The notes under the pieces were generated by a model, which did no database searches, was not told the DNA's origin, and worked only from the letters and a program-made list of their open reading frames with translations. From assembly GCA_013239625.1 (NCBI GenBank), contig MU057354.1:10410999-10474998 (forward strand): a stretch of DNA of 64,000 nucleotides, read 5' to 3'. This document shows positions 24,205-34,989 of the stretch, piece by piece (positions within the stretch are counted from its first letter, which is position 1; each line of letters starts with the position of its first letter). A program made the translations under genes and the position numbers. The stretch is from Lama guanicoe (lineage: Eukaryota).

Positions 24205-25040
24205 ATTAGTTGGAGTATCAGCTAAACTACTGAAAAGAGAGACTTCAAGACACAGGGGCTTGAACCTGAGAGAAGTTTATTTCTCTCTCCCACGACAGTC
24301 TGGAGGTGGGAGTTCCAGGCTGGAGTCGTGGCTCTGCTCTACGAAATCCTGTAAGGACTTGGGCTCCTTTCATCTTGTGTTTCTACCATCCCCTAGGCAT
24401 TTTCCTCATTTTTATGGTCAAAGACTGGTCGATGCATGTTTGTTTCAGCCTTCAGAAAGTAGAGCTTAAGTGCATGATATGCAATTTCATTTTATGTAAC
24501 TGTAATAGACAGAACAGTATTTTCCAGTATCCAGTTCTTTTCTATTTCTGGGCACACGGACCGTTACACTTCTTCACTCTCCATGGTTAGGCACAGGCAT
24601 GTGACTTGTTTTGACCAAGCCAATAGGAGCCGGAGAGGCATGCGTCACCTGTGTGCTGAAGTTCTCGTGGCTGGGGCTGGACTCTCCATCCCTTACTCCC
24701 CCTGCCATGAGGGCCACAAAGCACATGTTCATGCAACAGGAGGTGCGATGAGATGGGAACTTGCCGGAATCCTGAGTGAATGCAAAGTAGTCCTCTAGGC
24801 TTGCAGCAGATTCTGGTGGGCAAGAAATCATCTCGTGCTGTTTATGCCACAACATAACCTATCCTATTCTGACTTTTACAGCAGACGATGTGGACACTGT
24901 ACACATTATTTCTGCCCATGTTTTATGGGTGAGAACATAGTTGCATGGATAATCTTGGTTCAAGGGTGAGCAGGGCTGTTTATACTGCGTTACTATGGAA
25001 ACAGAGCAGGGCAGATAGCTGGGGCAGTTGGGGGCAGTTG
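24205..25040. mobile_element. Nested MLT1 LTRs (a + strand MLT1 at about 24501-24880 inside an antisense MLT1)
   Basis: The inner element runs TGT...GCATGTGACTTGTTTTGACCAA...CACAACATAACCTATCCTATTCTGACTTTTACA. The outer pieces on both sides carry antisense MLT1 motifs (AAGTTTATTTCTCTCTC; AGAACATAGTTGCATGG). Confidence 0.6.
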
Positions 25041-25479
25041 GTCTCAATTTCCAGCCTCATATTCTAGCGCCCTGCTTGCTTGGAATGCCTTCCTCCCACT
25101 TCTCAGTGTGGGCACATCCCACACATCCTCAAAGCACAGCCTCCTGCAAACTCCTCAACATTCCTGACTTCTGCCTCCTCTAAATTCGATGGCTCAATGT
25201 TTATGACCTTTTATAATGTGAGTCATTCATTTAAAAAGGGTTATGGAATATTCACCCACCTCCAGGTTAGACACAGGTATATACTGGTGATGTAATCCCC
25301 AACTTCTGGAACTTGAAGCTTCCACCTGGGTAACATGGGGCCCTACTCAAATTACACAGTTCATATATGAATCAGCCAGCAGTGGGATGGCATATGAGTA
25401 AATGCTAAGTGGCAGCGCACTACTGGAAGATCCGAGAAGGGAGAAAACCCTGAGGTAGACTGTAGGACGCAAGAGGACA

Positions 25480-26180
25480 AGGACCATGCCTGTCCTAGAT
25501 TCTGCTTTATCTCCAGTGCTGATCACTGGGCCTGGCATACTGTAAGTGCTTAATATGTTTTTGTTGTTTTCATGGAGAACTGTGAGGCAGGCCTGATGGG
25601 TATCTTGAGGAATCTTGGGACATAAGGTTGGACCAGTAAGTAGGATGGGACCAGATTTTGAGAAGTTAGTCATGGATTTGTGGATCTCCATGTACTAGAA
25701 AATGAGAAATACAGGCTTTTTTTAAAGGGAGATTTAGAAAGAGTCTACTGGTTTGCTAAGTGAGTTTGGATGTAAATATTGAAGTAAAAAAGATGACTAA
25801 GTCAAGACTACGGTGATGAAAACCTAGTTTGGGATGCCAGTGGTGGACCTCAATGCAAAAGGGCAAACCTAATAGACATTTCAAAAGGAGGATCAACAGG
25901 AATTGGTGACAGAATACAAGGGTTAAGGGGAAAAAAAAGATGGAAAAAAACAGATGGAAAAAAAATAGATGGAGTAAGAGCAACTAAAGGTTCCAGTCTA
26001 GAATTCTGGAATGAGAGTTGTACCATTAAAGAGATAAATGTTGCAAAAGGCACCTGTGATGAGTTGAACTTGAGGCATTTTGTATCTGCTGTGTGGGAGG
26101 AAATCTACATGGGGACATGGAGCGAGCAGCTGAGGACTGGAGAGCAGGTGTTGTCAGTAATGAAGATACAGCCTTGGGAA
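25480..26180. mobile_element. L2 fragments in both orientations
   Basis: GGGCCTGGCATACTGTAAGTGCTTAATATGTTT (+ tail) followed by an antisense L2-like purine-rich body. Confidence 0.55.
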
Positions 26181-27828
26181 CCATATGCTGTGGACATGCA
26201 CGGCCTGAACAGACCTCTGCTCAGCTTGTATCTCTTCCAGCATATGTTATGGCAAACAGGACCAGTCCTCAGTACAATCATCAAGTGGACCTTGCCCTCT
26301 CGTTGACTCTTCCCTGCCAGTGGAGCCCCTGGACTGTCTGTCCATGCCAGTGTATAAGGGAAAGGAAGATGGCAGATCATGCAGAGGAAGGGCAGGGTAG
26401 AGGACAGCTGAAGGGATAGAGAGTGGCAGAAGGAATGCATCCCAGAAAGAATGGCATGGCTGGGAAGTGCAGAGGTCGAGAGCGGAGGCACACAGGCAGC
26501 TTCTAAAGACTTACAGATGTAAGAGATGTGTGTATCTCTGGGTGAGTGCACATGTGTGTATAGAGTCAAATGCGTATGTACTCAGTAAAGATCAGCAAAT
26601 ACGTCTCCACCCACCAACCCTGCGCTTCATTTGTGTTCCAAACGATCCACCTATTCCTCCATTTATTCAATAAGGATTAAGTACCATTTACTGCCAAACA
26701 CAGTGGGCATGGAAACAAACCAGGCTGATGCAGTCTCTGCCCTTATACGACCTATATATTAAAGGAGATGTAGATGGTGAATACATACAAATTCATCAAT
26801 TCCCTAAACAGTGAAAAGGAGAGAACTATGTGCTCCAAATTCCATCAGTCTGGCCTCCTCAAAGTGGAAGAGTTTAGGCGGAGCTCTGCAGAAGCAGGAG
26901 GCATTCTGAGTCAGACGATTCTTTGAAAATAGCTCATTTGGGAAGTTACTAGCCGGAAGTCCTGGAGAGGAGGGCCTGGCTGTGAACACTGAGAGCCATT
27001 GCCATCTCACTAGCCACCTGCAATCCTGGCACCGACACCAAAAGGCAATCTCAATGAGAGCAGAGGCCTGCCTTCAGTTTTGCAGGCTTAGAAAAATTAT
27101 CCAGCATTTTCCTCACTTGCTTCCAATTTCAGTCTTTCGGTCTGTCTTTGGGTTCAGGAAACGAAACAAGGGACATAAAGATGGTGAAAAAGTGGGCTAC
27201 CAAGAAGAGAACAGTAATAGGGAGGTTTGGGGTGAGAGCAAAAGGACTGTAGATGTGTAAATCATTTTAACTTACTTGTATTTTCTTCTGTTTTCTATCC
27301 ATCGGATCACAGGTTTGCTGGGTCGTAGGGTCTGGACTGGTGTTGCTGGCTGGAACCACTGAAGCGCCTAGTCCCACAATGGCCAGAGACCCCTGTTCTC
27401 CCCAAGTTACAGCTGTGGGGCTGTCCTGTGGGCTAGGTCCTTCCACCAGGTGATTTTACCCCAGGGACCAAGTCCATTGCTGTGTATCATTTAGCTTTGG
27501 GCTCACTGCCTGCCTTGGATTTGCCCCTGACCTTTACCCCTGCAAACAATGGCATCCCAGAAAATCCAGGTGCTGTTTTGAGCTCTTAAGACATCTGACA
27601 CTGATCTTCAGGGAGGTGATGGTGAGCACGGTCGGTGGAACAGGCAGGTATTGGAGAGATTTGGGGAGAAACAGATTCCATGTCAATGTCTTATGTAGGC
27701 ATGTCTTTGTAAGAAAAGAGATGATCTAGGTAGAAAGAGTGTCTCATTTCTTAACCATTGGGGAGGGTATGTGTGGATAAGTTAGACTTTCAGCAATACA
27801 GATCAAAGAACTTTGTCTCAAACTTGTC

Positions 27829-27871
27829 TGAGTTAATACATTATGAAGTGAGTTAATACATTATGAAGTGA
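27829..27871. repeat. Perfect 20-bp tandem duplication
   Basis: (TGAGTTAATACATTATGAAG)x2 followed by TGA. Confidence 0.97.
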
Positions 27872-30800
27872 AAACTTGTATGAGGAATCCAGGAGAGCTT
27901 TTAGAAATAAGATATAATATAGTTACTAAATTATTTTTAAGGATTTAAAACTGTAGAAACTTGATTATTCAGTATAAAAATATTCATTTAAACAAATTTA
28001 TTATCATTTCTGCCTAATTATAATTTACTTATCAAAATATCTATTTATAGCTTGCAATGAGAAGGCAATTAGTTTTTTACAAAATGCATAAGGTGCAACA
28101 GCATGCAATGTAGTAGAGGAGCTGAAAAAAATACACAAGTAGCTATAATAAGAGCAATGCAAATGAGAGATTTCAGAGAACTGGTTTGAGTTTGAGGTAA
28201 CTGGGGAAGATACCTTAGAGGAGGTAGCATTTAAACTTGGATTAGTAGTGTAGACACATTTCAGTCTGCCAGCTGGTAATGGGTGGCATTCCAGATAGGA
28301 ATTCCTGCTAAAATTGTGGAGCTGCAATAATGCAAGACCAAGTAATTCAGTTTGGCAAGAACACAGGGCACCACATGAGAGGAGTATAGCCTAACATGAT
28401 AGGGTCTTGGAGGGGCCTGGCTGAGGCTCAGGAGTATGGGCCTCACTGGGGAAGTCTGGGATCCTGTCGAGCAAGAGAGCTGAATGATAGAGCGGCACAT
28501 TACAGAGGTACACTTGGTAACAGGCTGGGGTAACTCACCAGGAGGAGAGAGATGAAGAGTAAAAGGGAAAAGCAGGGTGATAAGATTTCCATCTGTGGTG
28601 GTGATTTAGGACAGGGCAGACTTAATGGATATATAGCCCAAAGCGAAGACCAGCACAGAGAGGAAAATTAAAGGTAAAGATGAGACGGAGTGTCAGATTA
28701 TTGAGGGGAATGTCAAGACCATAAATGGAAGCGTTAGCCTTCTCACCCCTGCCGACCCTGAGATCTCACATAGGGAAAACAGAAGCGATGCAGAGTGGTG
28801 TGAGGGGGTACAGATGAAGGCGCTGACATCTGAGAGCGAGGATTTCCTAGCATTGCTCCATGTCTCTTGAGTCACCTACCAAACACAGGAGAAGCGTGAG
28901 TAAGGAGTTTTAATTCTGGTTTGGCTTTCATGTAAACGTGAGAAGGTCAGTCAGCTGTGGCTCAGTCTTAAGAACGTAGACATTTTAATCCATATAAAAT
29001 TCTTTAGCTTCTTACCTTTTTAAGGACAAGGACCTCTTGTTAAAATTTAACATCTACCTGGCAGATCTGCTATATGATACCAGTCTCAGTGATTTGGCAG
29101 GTCTCAGCTTACGAAGAATTGTCAGAGACACTGCAGACGTCTACCCGTCCACCCCTCCCCATTTTCACAGGGATTTTTTGAGGATAAATAAAACAAGAGA
29201 GTATATATAAAATTATTTTTCCCATAAAAAGTTGCTATGTGGATATTGCAGTTCTATAAAAAAGTACTTTTGGAAATTACAACATATCAGAAAAATCTGG
29301 AATTATTTCATCTCATTCTTTTCAACTGATATTCAACTTTCTTACAAAAAGAACTGGAAGGAGTTTGTTTATGGTTTATCATTTTAAAGAGCTTTCTATA
29401 CATGTTGATGAGGGGAGTGGTCGAGAAGAAAATACTTTCAACCAAGCACAGTGCACTGGTAATAATGGTGTCTGCCAAACAGACACTCTGGGCACTGTTG
29501 ATGGACCCCACAGCCACAGTGCTGGACAGTCAGGCCGTCTGGGGCTTGTCCAAGGCCTCAACCACGATTACTGCCTCCTGAGATACCGTAAGTCCAGGAA
29601 AACTTACCTATTGAGGTGGTTTGTTTAAAGGATATATTCCTACCCAAGGCTTTTTGAGAAAGAGCTTTTCTGGGCACTGTAAGTATCCACCCATCTAGTA
29701 CCCACTGGCTGATACTGTGTGCTCCCAGCTCTGTCATTTGAAAGAGAGAGAAATGTGAGAATTGGAAAGCAATCATTTTTCTAAATAATGAGTATTACTA
29801 CCAACTCCCATTGCACCCTCATATCACATAACAAGTTAGCATCTTTAGCAAAAAGAATAAAAAAATGTTTGCCTTAGGGGCATCATTTGCTATCCTTGGA
29901 CATATTTAAGTGCTTTTTTTTTTTTCAGAGTTATGGACTAATAGACTTGTTTTCTGGTTCTCAGTACTCTTGAATTACAGTCACTAGTTTATAATGACAT
30001 TAATAAGACTTCCTAAAACCCTGAGTAGGTGTGTCTGAGTGGTTTATAAATATCACGGCAGGGGGAGGGGGTGAGGTGCATTTCCTAGCTTCCCTCCTCA
30101 GTCCAGCACTAGGCTACCCAGGTTCCTGCAGTAAGTCTCTATGTTCATTTTCTCACAACAATTTTATGAGGCAGTTAACATTACCTCTATTGTACAAACA
30201 AAGCTAAAAGTATGAACATTTTTTTCTAAGAAAACAGCTAATAAAATGTACGTACAAATAGAAATTTCCTTATTTCTCAGTAACAGAACTCAGTTCTTGA
30301 GCCCCATTTCTGTTGATGACAGAAAGCCTAATCGTGCCACATTAAAGTAAATTCAGTTACTTCTGATTTTTCTTAGTGCTTCCTGGGTAACTGATCACCT
30401 TAGGACTCTCCTCCTCTCACTTCTCCACTTATCCATAGGGGTAATCTAAGTTCTAGGAAGTACGCACAGTGCCCTGGCATTGGGCTGCTAGATCTGTCCA
30501 GCCTGGTTTACAGTGGGACATACATCTCCAGTGCTTTTTGGCTGTCTACATCTGTGGCTGGAACGTACAAATTCCTCTCTGATTTCTGTGTGTTGGGGCT
30601 ATCCAGGTTATTCAGTATCATGGTTGCTCCAACCCGAAGGTTTCACAAGAGCCACAGGCCCACTCTCAGACAAAAGAAGTTCTAGCTTCTCTCTCACACT
30701 ATCCTGTAATGCTTCCCATCCACCCAGATACCCGCCTCTGACACTGCTCCCCTACAACATCCGCACCATGCTTGACTGTGGCTTCTCTAAGAGAAGCTTC

Positions 30801-31084
30801 CCTGGGCCATGCCCTAGGCAGAAAGTTATCAATTCCCTTTATACCCAGTCTCCCCCAATCTGTCCAGTTTATAGTACCACATCCCCCACCCCACCCAGTT
30901 CTCGTACCCAGTGAGAAGGTAAGCAAATGAGCACTTAAGAACACTTACCTGTATAAATCTAGTTCACTTCTACATATTTTTTCTCTTTCTTGCTGGTAGA
31001 ATTCTATCTTATTTTAGGAATTATTATACTTTCTATATCTATCCTCTGAAAAGACGTAGAAACAATGACCAATTCTATAGCAGT

Positions 31085-33690
31085 GCAATCCTTAGCACCC
31101 AGACTGCAGTCTTGAAATAGCATCTTACATTAAGAGAAACCAGGACTTCCTGGAGAAATGGCTAATTCCAGAGCTGGCACAGGAAAGATACATAATGAAG
31201 CTGGAAAGTCTTGTAATACCAGATGGCAGGTTAAGTATCAAAAGATACTGGGATCATGTCAGAAGGACTCAGGAGTCAGTTTAGGATGCTCCCATTGAAC
31301 AATGATTGATAGGATAATTTGAGCTTAAACAAAGATATGAATGGCAATTTATTGGAACCCATCATACTGTAAGTTTAATCCTGTAAATTTATATTAATAG
31401 TGAAAATATAATCGTCTTTTGAGGATTATAGGGGAAAAAATCCATTAAAATTAATAAATTTTTTTAAAAATTGAAAAAAATTTAAAAATTTGTAAGTACT
31501 TATTTATTCTGTCTTTCCTATATATGAAATGTATAATTTCATAACCAACTAGTAAATGAGGGACAGTGTCTCCTCATAAAATTTTCCAGGTAATTCATGA
31601 AAAAAAACAGCACCACTGCAGAACTCCCAGGAATTAATGTATCTAAGGTTTGAGCATCAATGGCTGCTAATAGTTAAAAAAAAAAAAAAGGTGAAAAAAA
31701 CAGACATTCTATGCTCTTGTTGAAAACCATATTGTTACCTAAATAGTCTTGTCAAAGGGCTGATAATTAAGTCTGTTCAAGACTCTGAATCTAAGTACCA
31801 ATTTTCAGGAAACACAGAGGACAAAGGAAAATATCAAACTGCACCATGAGTATGAAATCAGCAAAATTCACACTGTTGGTAATCTTGACAGGTCAAAACC
31901 CCCAAATTTTTTAATATGAAAATTATAAGAAAAAAGGAATGGGATGGGAGGGAAGCATATCTACAGATTAAAAGATGTTAAAAATACGTAAAATGTGCGT
32001 ACAAGATGGTGCATTCCCTAATGGAATACCATGCAGCTGTAAAAAGGACTAAGGGCGATCTATACAAACTAACGATATGAAGTGATTTTTCAAGATTTAC
32101 TTTTACATGAAATAAGCAAAGTACAAAAGAGTATCCATGATATGCTGCCTTTCATGTAAGAAAGAAGGGGGAAAGGAAGATATTCATGTAGCTCTCATAA
32201 TTTTAGAGTAATAGAATATAAATGTAAATAAAAGCAGTATGAACGAGGAGGACTAAAATAGAATACAGACAAGTGAACTTCACTGTATTCCAAATGAATA
32301 ACAATTACTACCCCAAGTGACTTTGGATACAGTATGTTGATTATATTATATTTAGCCTTACATTATTATACTTAGCCTTAAGGGCTAAATTCCAGAAAGA
32401 ACTGTACACATATATTGTGCTTTAAACAGTAGATTCTTTTTCACGGAGATACGGATTAGGAATTCTGAAACTATTTTTCATGTACTCTGGGACTGAACAA
32501 ATAAGCAGGTGTACACACACACACACACATGTACTTTGTTTTTCATTGTTGGAAAAAGGGGTTACAAATAAGGGGAGGGGGGAGAGTGGAATGAATTCTT
32601 GGTGTATAATTGAAATTATAAATGTTAATATGAACTCATGAAATATATAGAAATTAATATAGTTGTGTACATGTATTTATACATAAAAATTTTCCTAGCT
32701 CTGTCTACTGAAAAGGCCTAAAGGCAGTGCCATCCCAGTGTCACTGAGCACATCTAGCACCAAATACTGATTTTTAAATACTGTTCTTCAATTAAATTAA
32801 CCTAGGCTCCTTGGGAAATGGCTGGTGCAAAACAGGGCTGGGACAGAGAAATTACAAGATGAGCCCATATCAAAAAGTAAGGGACTGCTCAAAAAGTGAT
32901 GTGGATATTTCAGAAGGATACAGGAGATACCTCGAAAGGCCTCCTATTGACCAAGTCTCGGACAATTTGAATAATAAAATCACTACGATTGCAATGGGTT
33001 CAAACCACAAAATAAAATTAGAATCTATGAGTCCATATTGATATAAGCAAATAACGGTTAAATTTTTTAAAATAAGGTAGAAGGAAAGCTCTTCCTTACA
33101 CAGAAATCCAAATAATAAATGTAGAAGTAATGATGAAAAGGGAAAAGCACCTTTAGTGGGAAAACCGAATGACATATATATTTAATATTAGCATTATAGC
33201 AGTGGTAATTTCCTGATTTTGATAATAGTATGGTAGTTATGTAAGATGTTAACATTTGTGGGATATTGGTAAACGGTATTTAGGAATTTTTCTATTTTTG
33301 TAGCAATTTTCCAAATGATTTCAAAATGGAAACTTTTTTTAACTGAAAACATTAAAATAAAAATAAAACATGAATTGTGTAAGATTAAAATACAATGTCC
33401 CTGAATGCACACTTGGGCAATATAACCATAAAAATGGAAGAAAATGATTTCTACAAATATCAAGATAGAGGCTACTTTTGGATTGAGGAAGGGGCTGTGA
33501 CTGGGATGGGAAGCAGGGAAAGGCTCCTGGGGTGGCTGGCAAGGTTCTATTTCTTGATGCCAGGGACCAAGGGGGCTGACGGTTACAAGAGTGTTTCCCT
33601 TACTATAATTCACCAAGCTGTATGTTTGATCTGTGTAACTTTCTGTATCCACAGTTTATTTTATAAAAACAAATAAGTTAAAAAAAAAAA
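31085..33690 (+). mobile_element. Cluster of ancient L1MC/L1MD/L1ME 3' regions
   Basis: The L1MC-type block AACCAGGACTTCCTGGAGAAATGGCT... at about 31140 recurs at about 32800. Also GAATACCATGCAGCTGTAAAAAGGA and GGTAGTTATGTAAGATGTTAACATT, with A-rich tails. Confidence 0.8.
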
Positions 33691-34501
33691 CAGGATCAGA
33701 AAAATATGCTTTGGCTTTCAAGATTTTCTCTCTGATATGAATATCAAAAACCTATTTTGGAATTGAAAAAGCAACAATTTGACTCTTCACTCTTAGACTA
33801 AATATAAATAGCCTCTTTTAGTGATAGAAATATCATTGACTCAGTAAAGGGGGAAGATGCTCTCCAGGGAAATAGGTAGTAAAGAGGAAATTTCTGTTAA
33901 TAGCTCAGAATTTCTCCCACTGCAAACTGCTTAACCACTACAATATGCTTTTCAGTGAGGGACATGCTCTTAATACCTCTCCCACCACCATTTAACATCT
34001 CTTTATAGATGTTCTTCATCCTGTTCTTGACGAGCTTAAGCAAACGTGTTATGGAAGTGGAAGAGCAAGATGATAGCAAAACTATCCAGAGGATGTGGGT
34101 ACAACAGGACACCTCAGCCTCCCCCTGAGACTTGCTGAAATGAAAAACTGCACTTCTGCTCACTGATTAAGCACCCACTGCTGCCAGACAGTGGGAATGA
34201 AGAGATTAAACTTCTGTCTCGAGGTACATACAACTGCATAGAGTGGTTCAATTTAATCTATCAGTCGAGCGTATGGCAGCAAATTAACTGATGTAATTTG
34301 AGGAGGTTCTCAGACTATCAGCACTGCTGCCACCCCTCCCTATTGCTCGGTTCCCACTCTCCACTCCCCAGCCCTGAAGAAGCCTTGAAGAACAGCAGAG
34401 CTGCAAGCAGTGTAGCTATGACAACCATCAGCCTAGTGGCCACCGGAACAGGTAAAACAGGTTTGGAACTTCCAAAGGACCCCCATGCAGAGAATTATCA
34501 C

Positions 34502-34970
34502 TGTTTACCTATCTATAATTGTGCCCCCCAAAACATATATTTAAGTCTTATCTCTCAGTACCCGTAAATGTGACCTTATTTGGAAACAGGATCTTTGCAG
34601 ACGTAATTAGGTTAAAATTAAGTCATACTGAATTAGGGTGGGCCTTCAATCCAATGCTAGTGTCCTCATGAGGGAAATTTGGACAGAGAGACAGGTAAAA
34701 GACACACACACAGGTAAGAAGTCCACTTGACAACAGAGACAGAGATTGGAGTGATACAGCTAAGCTGAGAAACACTCAGAAATGCGTCAACCACCAGATG
34801 CTATGAAGAGGCAATGGATAGTCATTTCCTAGGTACTTCAGAGGGATCAAGGCCCTGCCACCATTTTGATTTTGGACTTCCAGCCTCCAGAACTGTGAGA
34901 GAATACAATTATGTTGTTTTAAGCTACCCAATTTTGGTAATTGTTACAGCAGATATAGGGAACTAACCCA
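34502..34970 (+). mobile_element. MLT1 (A/B/C-type) MaLR solo LTR
   Basis: AATGTGACCTTATTTGGAAACAGGATCTTTGCAGA...TTAGGGTGGGCCTTCAATCCAATG...GGACTTCCAGCCTCCAGAACTGTGAGAGAATACA...TTGTTTTAAGCTACC. Confidence 0.92.
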
Positions 34971-34989
34971 GGTGGTGATGCCAGTATAG

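Larger units (their letters stand above)
6781..34134 (-). pseudogene. Putative decayed multi-exon gene (unitary pseudogene or spliced lncRNA) of unidentified family
   Basis: Candidate exons on the - strand: 34134-33977, 31045-30949, ~30815-30399, 29730-29608, 27539-27276, 27145-27072, 23961-23806, 23628-23503, ?-22352, 21216-21123, 19149-18809, 16027-?, 12896-12857, 11920-11843, 10457-10386, 7532-7476, 7166-6781. Most have pyrimidine tract+AG acceptors and GTAAGT/GTCAGT/GTGAGA/GTATGT-type donors. Several consecutive junctions are phase-compatible and several exons are fully open. Assembled by eye, with no homology search. Confidence 0.6.
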
